From IMG/VR virus record IMGVR_UViG_2926647115_000001: a stretch of 64,000 nucleotides of DNA, one strand, 5' to 3'. The translations under genes were made by a program, and so were the position numbers. The notes under the pieces were generated by a model. It saw nothing but the letters and a program-made list of their open reading frames with translations. It did not search any database and had not been told where the DNA came from. Source of the stretch: a virus. Lineage: Duplodnaviria > Caudoviricetes. The number at the start of each line of letters is the position of its first letter. Position 1 is the first letter of the stretch. Of this stretch, positions 63,153 through 64,000 are shown piece after piece.

Positions 63153-63614
63153 ATGGACAACGTGGACATCATCGAGCGGATCGACCACGCGATCGGCTGC
63201 CACTACTGCGGCGGCCCGCTCGGCGACAGCCCGTCCGAGGATTTCTGCACCTACGGGCACCAGCGGCGGTGGAACGACCTGTACCGGCGGTTGGGCAGTG
63301 TGGAGGCGGTGGCGGAGGAGTTGCGCGAGGAGCAGCGCCGCCACCGGGAGGCCGCCGAGCATGCGGCCGCGATGCAGCGGAAGATCACCGCGACGATGTC
63401 CGAACTGGAGACGGCATTCGGGCGCATCATCGCCGCGTTCCGCCCGTTCGCGCTGGCCGCCGCGACGACGTCGCAGGTGCTCGCCGAGGCCGGTCTCCTG
63501 CCAGACCGCGCGCCCGAGGATCCGGCGCGGCGAGCGCTGTGGTTGCGCCGCCACCGCAACACCGGACCGAAACCGGGACGGCCGCGTCCCCCGCGCACCC
63601 TGAACAGGCGGTGA
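63153..63614 (+). CDS. Hypothetical protein with an N-terminal zinc finger
   Basis: CHYCGGPL..SPS.DFC...Q..W; RNTGP C-terminus. Confidence 0.65.
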   Translation: MDNVDIIERIDHAIGCHYCGGPLGDSPSEDFCTYGHQRRWNDLYRRLGSVEAVAEELREEQRRHREAAEHAAAMQRKITATMSELETAFGRIIAAFRPFALAAATTSQVLAEAGLLPDRAPEDPARRALWLRRHRNTGPKPGRPRPPRTLNRR

Positions 63615-63904
63615 CCGACATGCGTTCGATCTGGAAGTTCCCGCTGGACATCACCGACCGTCAACCCGTCAACATGCCAGCGGGCTCGGACATCCTCGAC
63701 GCCCAGTTCCAGCACGGCGTGCTGTGCGTGTGGGCCGCCGTCGAGCGGGAGAACCCTGTGGAGCCGCGGACGCTCGTGATCGTCGGCACCGGCAACCCGA
63801 TGCCGGACGGGAAGCTGCAGCACATCGCCACCGTGCAGCACCCGGACCTGGGGCTGGTGTGGCACGTGTTCGAGGACCAGACCCCAGCGGAGGTGAAGGT
63901 GTGA
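63611..63904 (+). CDS. Conserved small phage protein
   Basis: IWKFPL...MP....L...Q......WA.V...GTG......VWHVFE. Confidence 0.7.
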   Translation: MTDMRSIWKFPLDITDRQPVNMPAGSDILDAQFQHGVLCVWAAVERENPVEPRTLVIVGTGNPMPDGKLQHIATVQHPDLGLVWHVFEDQTPAEVKV

Positions 63905-64000
63905 TGGACCCGCTGGGCTGGTTCATCGCGATCATGGTCGTGCTGTGGATCGCGGTGCTTGTGTGGGCGCTGTTCACCCGCGACCGCGGGAACAACGAGC
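63904..64000 (+). CDS. Membrane protein (truncated by the window edge)
   Basis: MDPLGWFIAIMVVLWIAVLVWALF... Confidence 0.5.
   Translation, partial: MDPLGWFIAIMVVLWIAVLVWALFTRDRGNNE

Larger units (their letters stand above)
1..64000. mobile_element. Temperate siphovirus-type prophage of an actinomycete (extends beyond the window)
   Basis: Integrase, terminases, portal, capsid, major tail, tape measure, lysin and holin in canonical order; whiB and sIHF point to an actinobacterial host; no housekeeping genes seen. Confidence 0.93.

Overview
High-GC actinomycete DNA that is almost entirely one large temperate siphophage (prophage). Its ends are not in the window: no att site, repressor or replication genes were recognised. 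From left to right: (1) tyrosine integrase at 1-1119. (2) Accessory block at ~1.2-8.8 kb: TetR, XRE-TPR regulator plus APH-like kinase, and a complete graspetide/aspartimide RiPP cluster (tgmA-B-C type). (3) A long minus-strand late region at 9.1-43.3 kb. In transcription order it runs ParB-like, dpdA-like, queC, queD, queE, folE (7-deazaguanine DNA modification), terminases, portal, a MuF/2H-phosphoesterase/protease fusion, two capsid proteins, tail genes with a frameshifted chaperone and tape measure, Cys-rich fibres, SGNH hydrolase and lysis genes. This layout recalls cluster-B (Rosebush-like) actinophages. (4) A phage-borne sIHF/mIHF, an SDR-TetR insert and two whiB genes. (5) A mycelial-type conjugation module: TraB/FtsK translocase, HTH, DUF2637/Spd-like protein, polar GGTTCC/GGAACC arrays and a terminator-insulated GTGGAAC array. 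(6) Early genes including a C5 DNA methyltransferase and a stand-alone FtsK gamma-domain protein. A GTTGCGCAAC operator-like motif recurs across the whole element. The best candidate for an undescribed system is a virion-forming prophage that also carries TraB/clt/Spd-type DNA transfer machinery. All calls come from reading motifs by eye; no database searches were run.
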